Positions 48,467-60,537 are shown, numbered from the stretch's first letter. The stretch is 64,000 nt of DNA from Octopus bimaculoides (GCF_001194135.2 NC_068983.1:88264357-88328356), one strand, 5' to 3'. The notes: generated from the sequence alone by a model not told the origin. Translations and numbers: made by a program.

Positions 48467-49905
48467 CATATAAATAAATAGAATTTTAACCAGTTGGACA
48501 CATTAATATAATTTTTCTCAAATATTTTAACAGAGCAAGAAGATAGAAGAAATTCATGTTGTCACCATTGTAGCTAAGAATATACTACACTTCCAAGAAT
48601 TGCATGAAGCCTATTGGGGTCATAGTGTTGTAAAGGCTTGTAATTCATTTCTAATTCATTTATCTCGTTATCAACTACTGAATCTAAGACTAGAAGACTG
48701 TGTCTGTTATGAATAAAGGACAAGAGTGAGTTGACAACTCATGGCTAGGTATGGTCATAAATATTGTCATATGCATCCCTTTAACTGCCCTCACTACATC
48801 CATACCTATTACCCCCACTTTTCAGGTTACCTTTATCTCTTCCCTACCTCAAATTTTAATCCCCTGTCTCTTTAAATGTAGGTTGTATGTATTTCTTATT
48901 ATTTTCTATAAATTCTTATTATTTTGTTTTCTTATTTTGATATCCTTACCTATTAACCTCTTATCCCTTATAAATTGTTACTTTTCTTGTTCTTAAATAG
49001 ATATTTTTCAATTACTTAAGTCTATGCGTGATGGTTATACTATATCCATATAAACATATAAATATTTGTGTATGTGTCTATATGCATGTGTGCACATATA
49101 TAAATGTGTGTGTATCTGTACACAGCTTTATTTTTTTCTGATTCATGGCTTAAAATTAATATATAGATAGCATGTGTATCTTTCCAGTTATTCCATAAGT
49201 GAATGCCCTGAGCAGTCTTTATAGAAACCACCTAATAAGTAATTAATTAAGTACATGAATGAACATTAAACTGATTCTATGTAGTCTTTCTTTTTTAATG
49301 TTTATAATTGATATATACATACATTTTACTTATTTTGGTTATGTTATCATTTTTGAAAATCTTAAATTTTATTTTTTATAAAACATGACAATATTGTTTA
49401 TAAACAATCACACATAGTGCCCCAAAATAAAATTTCCTCTGTATTAACACCTTAGATTTCTTAGCATCTTGCCCCTTTAACTAGTAATTAACATCATGAT
49501 TTAAAGTCTTCCCCTACCCAGCCTCTTTTTATAGACAGTTACTTTATATCCATTTGACTACTCCTAATGTCTTCTTTCCTCCCTGAGGAAAAGGGATACA
49601 TATGACAATATTTATGACCATACCTAGCCATGAGTTGTCAACTCACTCTTGTCCTTTATTCATAACAGACACAGTCTTCTAGTCTTAGATTCAGTAGTTG
49701 ATAACGAGATAAATGAATTAGAAATGAATTACAATCCTTTACAATACTATGATCCCAATAGGCTCCATGCCATTCTTGGAAGTGTAGTCTATTCTTAGCT
49801 ACAATGGTGACAACATGAATTTCTTCTATCTTCTTGCTCTGTTAAAATATTTGAGAAAAATTATATTAATGTGTCCAACTGGTTGAAATTCTATTCATTT
49901 ATTTG

Positions 49906-49991
49906 TGCAGCTGAAATTGGCACCGCATTTAAATTGATGTAATGATTGCATTGTTCAATTAAATGGAGCCGCTTGAAACGGTCTTACTGCA
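49906..49991 (+). pseudogene. Mutated copy of the hammerhead motif
   Basis: Same scaffold, but core CTGAAAT instead of CTGAAGA and helix III CGGTCT instead of CGGTCG; predicted inactive. Confidence 0.6.
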
Positions 49992-50329
49992 TCACTACTT
50001 GATATCCTGTTGCTTATTTTGATTATATATATATATGTATGTATTTGTGTGTTTGTGTTTGTCCTCCTCCCTCCCACCATCACTTGACAACTGATGTTGG
50101 TGTGCTTACATCCCCCATAACTTAGCAGTTCAGCGAAAAAGACCAATAGAATAAGTACTAGGCTTACAAAGAATCTCCTGAGGTTGATTTGTTCGACTAA
50201 AGGCGGTGCTCCAGCATGGCCAAAGACAAATGACTGAAATAAGTATTTTGAGTTCTATTTTTCCTGTTTGCATCAACATATCTGTACTTCTATGTCTTAA
50301 TTTAGCCATCCGTTACAAATAAATACCAT

Positions 50330-51170
50330 ACCTATGAGAATATTACCTATTTCATTGACCCTGAAAAGATGAAAGCCAGGTTGACTCAAGAAAAATGTCA
50401 CTCAGCATTTTGTCCAACATGCTAATGTCAGCTTGCCGTCTTAATAATAATAATAATAATAATAATTGTTTCAAATTTTGTCTCAAGTTGAGTGATTTTT
50501 TTTTAGAGGCAAGGGGTCTTCCAATTACAGCAACCCCAACATTTGATTGGTGCTTAATTTTATTGACCCCCAGAAGGATGAAGGACAAAGTTGTCCTTAA
50601 CAAGATTTGAACTCAGAACATAACACACCAGAAAAATTGCTGCTAAGCATTTTGTCCAATGCACTAATAATTCTGCCAGCTCCCAGCCTTTTAATGGTTT
50701 CAAATTTTGACACAAGGCTAGCAATTTTAGGGAAGGAGGATAGTTAATTACATCAACCCCTGTGCTCAGCTAGTACTTATTTTATCTACCTTAAAAGGAT
50801 GGGAGGCAAAGTTGACCATGACAAATTTTAAACTACAATATAAAGAGCCTAAAGAAATATTAAGCATTTTGTCTGACACATTAATTATACTACTAGCTCA
50901 CCATGTTCTTAATAATAATAATAATGATGATAATAATAATGGTTTCAAATTTTACCACAAGGGAAGCCAGTTTGGGTGGAGGTATAAGTTGATTACATCA
51001 ACCCCCAATGTTTCACTAGTACTTAATTTATCAACCCAGAAAGAATGAAAGCAAAGTTGACCTCATAAGAATTTGAACTCGGAACATAGCAACGGGTGAA
51101 ATACCACTAAGCATTTCATCCAGCATGCTAACGATTCTGTCAGCTTGCCACCTTAAATAATAATAAAAAT
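50330..51170 (-). mobile_element. Four head-to-tail SINE family B copies joined by (AAT)n
   Basis: Units at about 50330-50450, 50465-50690, 50695-50910 and 50941-51155; the last three start GTTTCAAATTTT and all end in a head-like AGCT..(C)TTAA(T). Confidence 0.88.
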
Positions 51171-51216
51171 TAATAAAAGTAATAATAATATTCATATTTT
51201 ACTCTTTCTGTTACAG

Positions 51217-51521
51217 ACAAATCAAATTCCTCAAGTGTAGCGACAGAAGATTCGTTCCTGAATGACAGTGACACTCCTGACAGCAATGCCAATGATTCAA
51301 CTACAGTTGACAACCAAGAGAATTTGGAAGTGAATGCCAACTATTCTAAAGTGCTGAATTTCTTGGAGCTCTACTGCTCCTTGAAGGAATGTCCACCAGA
51401 ACTGCGCCAACAAGTTAATGAACTGCAAACTCTTAGCAATGAGGTCTCCCAGTCAATTGCTAATCTCAAAGAGAAATCCGAGACATTGTCACCATTTCAA
51501 AACAGTTTGAATGGAAAATAA
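51217..51521 (+). CDS. Terminal coding exon of an unidentified host gene (acidic Ser-rich linker followed by a predicted helical/coiled-coil C-terminus)
   Basis: Acceptor TTTTACTCTTTCTGTTACAG; phase 1; 100 sense codons KSNSSSVATEDSFLNDSD..YSKVLNFLELYCSLKECPPELRQQVNELQTLSNEVSQSIANLKEKSETLSPFQNSLNGK then TAA; non-repetitive, GC higher than the flanks. Confidence 0.82.
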
Positions 51522-51529
51522 AAAGATAA

Positions 51530-51535
51530 TGAGAA

Positions 51536-51588
<53 letters not shown>

Positions 51589-51610
51589 AATAGAGAGAGA
51601 GAGAGAGAAA
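51530..51610. repeat. (GA)n microsatellite in the presumed 3' UTR
   Basis: Directly visible. Confidence 0.95.
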
Positions 51611-51769
51611 ATGAAATTATATAAAAGTGTATTTAAAAACAAAAGAAACTAAAACAGTGTAATGTGACAAAAAACAAAAGCCTTTTTTTTAAAAAAGTTG
51701 AAAAATGTGAAAAAGAACATTGTTTAGATAGACATCATTTAAATTTTTTTTTCTTTAACATGTTAATGT

Positions 51770-52130
51770 TATGTTGTGTTTGCCTGTATAAAGCTGTGTT
51801 TCATATGTAATGACTCAGCATGTATAATGTTGTTTTAATGTATTACATCTGACTCTAATGTTGTCCTTATATGTCTTTGTGTAAAATGACTTCATGTATA
51901 ATGTTGTGTCTGCATGTATGAGGCTGTGTTTCTTATATATGAAATTGACTCTGCATATGTGTTGTGTCTTCAATATGTAATGTTGTATCTTCATGTACAA
52001 TTGCTGTGTCTACATGAATAATGTTCTTTTATCTGCTACAATAGCATTCTGTCTACTAGAATATATTGTGGCTCTGTGTGTCCAATGATAACATACTGTC
52101 TACATGTAAAATGTGTCTACAATAATGGTT
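51770..52130 (+). repeat. Degenerate ~19-20-bp minisatellite (CATGTATAATGTTGTGTCT-like) in the presumed 3' UTR
   Basis: Recurrent CATGTA(T/C/A)AAT..TGTGTCT units. Confidence 0.75.
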
Positions 52131-53937
52131 CTCCTACAATTCTGTGTCCACTTCAACAACGTCCTTTTTACATGTCACACAAAAGCTCACAAAGCACTTT
52201 CTTTTAAATATTTGTAGGACATATAGGCTGTGATAACTAGAGATAACAATGTTATTATTACCATAACTATCATTTCTTTTACTCTTAAGTATGTGGCAGA
52301 TATTGCTGATATACCAAGACCTTGATTCAGTTTTAACTGAAGCAAATTCACTTCACTAACCGTTTTAACAAATGTGTGAATGGAGTGCCAGCACTTCCAC
52401 TGTAAAGACTGGCTGATAAATTGACAGAAACAGAACACAAGACCAAATGAGTAAAAAGGGTTTTAGTTCAACTCCTGTTGGGGTTTATGTTGCTTTTTAT
52501 CCTTCTAAAGTCAATAAAACAAATATTAGTGACATATTGGAATCAGTTCAGCTTGCCATAAAGTATGTAACCTTATGCCAATGTAAGAAATTATGATGGC
52601 AATAATTAATAACAATCTATAATATTACTTTGTGTTCATGCATTTCAGATTGTTTTGTCCATATGTTACACATATGCTATGGGAGGTAATCACTCAAATG
52701 GAGAAATATATTTATAGAGGGAAAAGGGCAGACGAAGAGGGAGAGAGAAGGTTTATGTCATTCTGAAATTGTGTGTTCAAATTGCAGGCATAGTCAAAAT
52801 GTTTAAGCATAATGAAACAATGTCATGAAGATTTATAAATTTATGCATTTAATGGATATATCAATAGATTGTTAAATTAAAGTGAAATAACCTTGGCAAA
52901 TAGCTGTGGGTGTTATATTTTTATCTTTTACATGTTTGAGACCAAAGGTTGTGGCCATCCTAGGGCACTGCCGTTATTCATTTTTTTTTTTCTTTTTGTT
53001 ATTTGGTTTAAATGCTTATTGGTATTATCAGAATAAATGGATCCAGAACGAAATATAGATACGATAGTTAATTAGCTAAACTAGCTACATGTTTAGATAG
53101 ATAGGTATGTAGGTAAGTCTACAAATATGTCAACTGAGAGATATATTAATAGATGTGTGGCTGGGTTGAAATGAAAATAATCTCAATTGGTAAATAACTT
53201 GGATTGAGCGTTGGTGGTGGTGATTGGACAATGAAAAGTGTAGTTCACATACATACATCATACATACATAAGTAAGTTTTAATTCATCTTTTATTTTCTT
53301 AAACTACAAAGCACATAATATCTGTCAAACATAAAAAAAAGGAAAATAAACAATGTTCTAAGTTCAATTTGATTATATTTGAAAGTACAGTTTTGATTGA
53401 ATGGCTGGATTTCAAAAGAACTTTGGAAATTCCTTGCTTGTGTTTAATATATCAATGTTTTCAAACATGCTGACTTGCACCATGGATTTTCCATGGGTCC
53501 CACTAGTGTTAATCATAGTAACAATAAATAGTTAATAGATATAAAGATTGTATTGATAATTAAATTGCGCTTGCATATTTCACATAATGTTCCTTTCTGT
53601 TTGCATGTCAATATAACCCTCGTATTATTGATATGTATTTGCTGGTGGTAGTGGTAGTGGTTTTATGTGATATTTATCACACTTATCTACACACATAGTT
53701 GTATTGTTGTTTGTATTTGCTCAGAATCACATACAACAATACATGTGTATGTTTTTTTTAAACAGACATGCAAGCATACACAATTTCATTTTGTGTTTTG
53801 ATTAATCCTGAAGGAAAATTTGTGTGAATGTATGGTATGTATAAACACATACACATATATATATATTTGGTTCCATAGAACATGACTAACACTTTATTTT
53901 ACTGAACCCTCATTTTTCATTCACGACTAGAGAATCC

Positions 53938-53977
<40 letters not shown>

Positions 53978-54279
53978 TAACAGGTTAGCTGAGTTAGAGC
54001 AAAATGGTATGATTATAACCATATTCAACTTTTCCTTTTTCTTCTCTAGACTCTTCTTTTTTTATTTATTCTTCACTCTGGTGAAGCTCCATGTTTCAGA
54101 TTGGTTTTATTACCAAATATGATGAATATTTTTAACATCTCAATGGCAATACCATGCAACATTGGAAGTAGGAACAGCTGTTAGATGGGATGCAGTGTAT
54201 TTGTATTGAATTAATAAATACTAATTGATGTAAGTCAATTGTTGTTCATCAATATTTCTCCATTTTCTGTTTTTGTTAA

Positions 54280-54324
<45 letters not shown>

Positions 54325-55567
54325 TACCATAATCTAAGTGTTGTTAAATGTGTATATGTATATTACATAATGCAAACATTATCTGATATAGAAATCAATT
54401 TGTTCTGTAGAATTAGTAGATCTATTTATTACATCAACAAATAAGGGTTTAGTCAGAGATTTTTCCTTGGTTAAACACCACTGTGTAAAAGGTAAAGGAA
54501 CCTGCATTATTTATAAAGTTAGAGGTACCTTAGAAATGTTTGGGTTGGTGGGATATTAAATGTAATTATAATTCCTACCTTATAATATAGATTCTTCTTC
54601 TTACTTTTACATTTTACATCCTACCAACACTCCAAAGAATCTAATTTTATAAACAATGTGGGTTTCTTTTTATAGGCAATGTCATAATACTTAGGGCAGA
54701 CAATCAGCTGTTAATGTACCCACACACAAACACATATATGGAAAGCATGTTAAGTGATGATGAGATACACACACACATATATAACTCACCTGTCAAACTA
54801 ATTTATAGCTAGGTAAACTGGAACATTGGACAATTGTTTTGACCTTAGACACAATGTAGTACTGGTGATAGTTTGTGCTCCTCAGTATCTTGTATGTTAG
54901 CACTCTGTTTACCTGGCCGTCTGTGCCCCCCACCCCATTTATGTGTGCATTGTGTGTGTATTTGTATACATTAAATGGTTGTGGACAATGTAGAATGGAG
55001 ATATACTTGCAGCCAGTTACTCAAAAAGACTATTCCAATGCTTAAGTGATTTCATTTATATCCTACTATATTTGCCCACAGACAAATCTGAGGAGAGAGA
55101 AATTCTACCTGGCTTGACTTGCCCCCTACATACAACATGAAGCTGACATCCTCTGTGTTAACCCAATAACTCATTAAGGATTAAGGTGTAATTTTATTCA
55201 GTTTTTTTGTTCATATTTCAAGTGTACATTTTGGACATTGTTAAATAAGATATATATTAAAAAAAATTCAAACTCTTGTTTTTATGTTTTATGGCTTATT
55301 AAACTGATTATTTAATTTTGATATAGACTTTTAGTTTGTCATTTACATTTATAAGAGTCATTAGCATTCCCATTATCATTTTGTTATCTATTTTTTCATG
55401 CTGACAATTGATGGACTCCTGATATCTAAACTCATCTCTTGCTCTGCTCACTTAATTTGCCTCTCTCTAACAGCTGATCTTTTTCATGCATCAACTACCA
55501 TTGCCTTCAGTTCACATGTCCATACTTGTGTAGCCACATTACATTCACCCATCATGTGATGTCTTAA

Positions 55568-55812
55568 CCTTTTCAGAACGATTTGGAAATGAAATTAACT
55601 GTCCATATGTTTCAATTAATTTTGAAAATAATCAAGGTTTTGGAGGGGCTTAATAAAATGACTCACTTTTTGTAATGAATCTGGTATTTGGAGCATAACT
55701 ATATACAAGGTTTTACATAAATTTGTGATGCAAGAGGCATATGAACAATTAAAAATAATAGTTATGCATCATAAAACCAGAAATAGTCTCAGGCTGATTG
55801 ATACCAAAAGGG
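55568..55812. mobile_element. piggyBac-like MITE with TTAA at both ends
   Basis: TTAA|CCTTTT.. at 55564 and ..AAAAGGG|TTAA at 55813; interior similar to 23865-24083. Confidence 0.72.
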
Positions 55813-57221
55813 TTAATGCTCTTGCAATGATAATAATGATAGTGATAGTATTGATGCTTGTTTCTCAGTAAACATCTGTGCTTTTGTATTTGGTTTGTAT
55901 GATTCTTAATGTGAAATCATACAAATCTTGGGAGGGTCATTATGCCAATGAGAAACACACTGGTTTAATTTTAATTTTATTAACTAATTAACAAATCGAT
56001 TGTTTACTTGTTTGGTGAATCACTGGGTCAACTAGATTCGTCACTCTTTTCATTGCCATTTGTGACTTTATTAATGACATGTCCTTGCTACTCCATGTCT
56101 GTCTGTCTCCTAGTTTAGATTTTATATCTATAAGGGGATGTGATAGAGTGTGTATGTGTGCATGCATGCTTGTGTGTGTACATGTACACCCATGTATGTG
56201 TAAAGTGTGGATACTGTGAGAGTGATTAAATATTTATTCATTTTATGGTTTGTGTCTTTGTCTTTATGAATGGAATGTGTGTATGTAAGTGTGTGTCAGT
56301 ACATGTATGAACATTGAAGTCCACTTTATTTATCTTGGAGATGGTGCAGATCATATTTCAAGTTTTTGACACTGCAATATTTCAAACATACATATGCAGA
56401 GCATGTAAACACAGATGTATGTTTACTGACACACCTAGGTTTGTTTATTAACCTAATACACTTACCCATGTGTGTTTACTAACCTATAGATTTGTAATCT
56501 TTTCCTCTGGTAGGGATGACTTATTGTGTCCACCTATGCATGCATACACACACAATCTCTCTTTCATAAATATAGAATCTGTAAACTGTTGTTAAGAGGG
56601 CTTGGCATTGATGAGGTCATGACCAAATGATTAATCAATCAGTTTACTGACTAATCATAAAAAGTTAAATGGAACCAGTGCATGTGTTTATTACTGGTAT
56701 AATGGCATGTGTTTATTACTGTCTGATGTTTACATATGCACATTAGAATACTACCCATATTTAGATAAGATCCCCTAAGTGTAAATGCTGATTTTTCATT
56801 ATATCTAGTAATTAGCAGAATTTCTTCCAGATAAACAAACATTTACTCACTAATACTGTCCAGCTACAAGTTGTCAACTGCAGACAGCATGATCCTTTCC
56901 CCTGATAGAATTTTTATAAATTGATCTTTGCTAATGATTTGTGAAACACTTTCAGCACAAAATGAACCAACTACTTTTCTGTATTTATCATTAATGATAA
57001 ATAATAGAGGAAATCAGTTTGAGTATGACAGTTTGAAGTTAAAATAAGACAAATTTGAACTTGGTGTAGTGTTCACCACAAATAATCTATAAATTAATAA
57101 CAAATAAAAGCCTGTCTTCACTTTTCCATTTTTTTTTTCTTCACTATGTCATCAAATGTCAGTCATAGGGTTATCATAGATCAGTCAGAATGCCCTAATT
57201 ATGATCAGCAGGTCATACTCA

Positions 57222-59295
57222 ATCATCGCCATCATCGATTAACGTCTTTTCCATGCTGGCATGGGTTAGACTGAGGTCTGGAGAGCCAGTGGCTGCACCA
57301 GGCTCCAATCTGATGTGGCAAAGTTTCTACAGCTGGATGCCCTTCCTAATGCCAACCACTCTGAGAGGGTAATGGGTGCTTTTTACGTTCCACCAGCACA
57401 GGAGGCAGGCCTGGCAATGATCACATTTGGATGGTGCTTTTTATTTGCCACTGGCACAGGAGCCAGTCAGGTGGACCTGGCATCGACTATGTTCAGATGG
57501 TGCCTTTTATGTGCCACCAGCAAGGGAGTCAGTCATGGGGCACCAGCCCCAGCTATGATATTAGTTTTACTTAACTCAACAGGTCTTCTCAAGCATATCA
57601 TATCACCTGACGCATCAGGGGTATTCTTAACAGAGCTGGACGTGCGTGGCTGCGATCTCACTTTAGTTGCCGGGTCTTCTCAATCACAACATATCTCCAA
57701 AGGTCCCGGTCCCCTGTCATTGCCTCTGTGAGACCCAATGTTCGAAAGTCATGCTTCACCACCTTGTCCCATGTCTTCCTGGGTCTACCTCTCCCACAGG
57801 TTCCTTCTACAGTTAGGGAGTGGCATTTCCTTACATAGCTGTCTTCATTCATACATGGTCATGTGTCTTCAACACATGACCATGCCAGCACAGTCGCCTC
57901 TCTTGCACACTGCATTTGATGCTTCTTATGCTCGACTTTTCTCTCAGGGCGCTTATACTCTATCGTGTATACGCACTGACATTATACATCCAGCGGATCA
58001 TACTAGCTTCATTTCTTTCAAGCCTACACATGTCCTCAGCATTCATGACCCATGTTTCACTGCTGAGTAGAATGGCAGTTTGCACACATGCATCATACAG
58101 TCTACCTTTCACCCTGAGCAAGAGACCCTTAGTTGCCAGCTCCCTGAACTTTGCCTAGGCTATTCTTACTCTAGTTTCTACACTCTCAGAGCAACTGTCC
58201 TCACTACAGACTTGGTTGCCTAGGTAGCAGAAGCTATTAACTACTTCTAGTTTCTCCTGACATGTGATGGAATCTGTTTTCTGTACATCTTCAGTGTTTA
58301 TTGCCCCAGTGCATCTGCCATACACAAAAACTATTTTCCCAGTTAACCTTCCTTTGATATTGCCGCACATTTTATGTGTCCATAAATTACACCGGGTACA
58401 TCGTATAGAGTTTCTACCCATGCCTTTTCTACAGATCGAGCAGGGCCATCTACCTGAAGGGGGTTGTGATTTGACAGCCTTCTTACTTACTGAGACTTTG
58501 GTTTTGGCTAGGTTAACCCTAAGGCCCTTTAATTCTAGACCTTGCTTCCACACCCTAAACTTTGTCTCTAGTTCTGGCAGTGACACAGCTATTAGTACAA
58601 GATCAACAGCATAGAGGAGCTCCCAGGGGCAGCCTCTCATGAATTCTTCTGTTATTGCCTGGAGGACTATAATGAATAAGAGTGGGATGAGGACTGATCC
58701 TTGGTGAACCCCTACTTCCACTCAGAATGCTTCACTATACTCATTGCCAAACCCCACCTTACTGACAGCATTCCTGTACAGGGCTTGTACAGCTCTTACC
58801 AGCCACTCATCTATCCCCAGTTTCCACATTGACCACCAGATAAGGGACCAGAGGACCCTGTCAAAGGCTTTCTCCAAGTCAGCAAAAGCCCAGTACAGAG
58901 GTTTATCTTTGACTAGGTATTTCTCCTGCAGTTGCCTTACCAGAAATATAGCATCAGTAATGCTTCTGCCTGGCACAAAACCAAACTGCATCTCATCTAG
59001 GCTAACTCTCTCCCTAATTAGTTGGGCTATGACCCTCTCGATAACTTTCATCACCTGATCCAATAATTTAATACCCCTGTAGTTATTTCTATCTAAAGCA
59101 CCTTTCCCCTTGTAGCAGCTGACTGTGGTGCTGCTACACCAGTCATTGGGTATGACTCCATGAACTACCTGATTTACGATGCGGGTGACAAGACTATAAC
59201 CCACACCACCTGATATTTTAAGTATCTCAGCAGTGATTCCTGATGGGCCAGGTGCTTTCCCTGTCTTCATATCCTTAATTGCTTTATCTACCTGG
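57222..59295 (-). mobile_element. RTE family 2 LINE, 3' part (RT with PHD-like insertion, tail)
   Basis: MKTGKAPGPSG..NYRGIKLLDQVMKV..QFGFVPGRSITDAIF..DLEKAFDRV..GVHQGSVLIPLLF..LLYAVDLVL..CSICRKG..CTRCNLWTHKMC..FCYLGN; (CAT)n tail. Confidence 0.95.
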
Positions 59296-60537
59296 GAGCA
59301 TTATCATTTTTGTTTTATTATTTGCCTTCTTTAATATGTGTGTACATATAAACACTGAAAATGTGCAGAGAACAGCTTCTGTCGCATTCCAGGGAGAAAA
59401 ATTACAAGTAGTTGATGGCTTCTGTTACCTGGGGGATCAGATCAGTAGCAGGGGTGGATGTTCTGAATAAGCTGCTAGAATAAGAATAAGAATAGCCTGG
59501 GCAAGGTGCAGAGAGCTCCTATCTCTGCTGGTGACAGGGGACCTCTCACTCAGTGAAAGGTAGACTGTATGATGCATATGTGCAAACAGCCATGCTACAT
59601 GGCAGTGAAATGTGGGCCGTGACTGCTGAGGACGTGTGGGCTTGCAAGGAATTAAGCCAGTATGCTCCGCTGGATGTGTGATGTCAGTGTGCATACATGA
59701 CTGAGTGTGGGCACCCTGAGAGAAGGGTTGGATTTAAGAAGCATCAGATGTGGTGTGCAAGAAAGATGACTGCACTGGTATGGACATATGTTGTGAATGA
59801 ATGAGGACAGCTGTGTGAAAAAGTGTCACACTCTGGCAGTTGAGGGAACCTGTGGAAGAAGTAGACCCAGGAAGGCCTGGGATGAGTTGGTGAGGCACAA
59901 CCTTCGAATGTTGGGCTTTACCAAGGCAATGACTAGTGACTGAGATCTTTGGAAGTATGCTGTGCTTGAGAAGACCGAACAAGCCAAGTGAGACCATAAC
60001 CCATGGCCTATGCCACTGGGTGTATCCAGCCCACTTATGAGTACCCTTCATCCATATGAAAAAAAAAATTTGCTTGCAAAGACCAGTTGAGGCAAGTAAA
60101 ATCAAAATCAAAATTGCTGACGTGGCCGATAACAGTACCACTTGATTGGCACTTGTCCTGGTGGAACGTTAAAAGCTCATCCGAGTGTGATCGTTGTCAT
60201 GGCCGCTGATTGATTTCCGTGCCAATGGCACATGAAAAACAACATTCAAGCATGGTCATTGCCAGTGCCGCTTGACTGGCTCCCATGCAGGTGGCACGTA
60301 AAAACACTTTTTGAGCATGGTCGTTGCCAGAACTGAATGACTAGCCCTCATGCCAGTGGCACGTAAAAGCACCCACTACACTCTCAGAGTGGTTGGCATT
60401 AGGAAGGATATCCAGCTGTAGAAATTTTGCCAGATCAGATTGGAGCCCGGTGCAGCCTTCTGGCTCACCAGTCCTCAGTCAAACTGTCCAACCCATGCCA
60501 GCATGGAAAGCAGACGTTAAGCAACGACGATGATGAT
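59296..60537 (+). mobile_element. 5'-truncated RTE family 2 copy inserted antisense into the preceding element
   Basis: INTENVQRTASVAFQGEKLQVVDGFCYLGDQ.. through the 3' UTR modules to the GACGATGATGAT tail. Confidence 0.92.

Larger units (their letters stand above)
48256..50024. mobile_element. Non-coding PLE-type element with 435-bp inverted arms bearing hammerhead motifs
   Basis: 48348-48782 versus the reverse complement of 49590-50024: 19 mismatches, no indels (hand count); 807-bp interior without a convincing ORF; (TA)n at both ends. Confidence 0.8.
47818..50245 (+). mobile_element. One SINE family A copy split by two nested insertions
   Basis: Head A-box 47818-47858; B-box and body 48083-48250; 3' half 50025-50245. 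Confidence 0.85.

Noticed and set aside
54780-54800. Minus-strand TTTGACAG|GTGAGT (recursive-splice-like site)
   Set aside because: Poor polypyrimidine tract and no evidence of a minus-strand transcript here.
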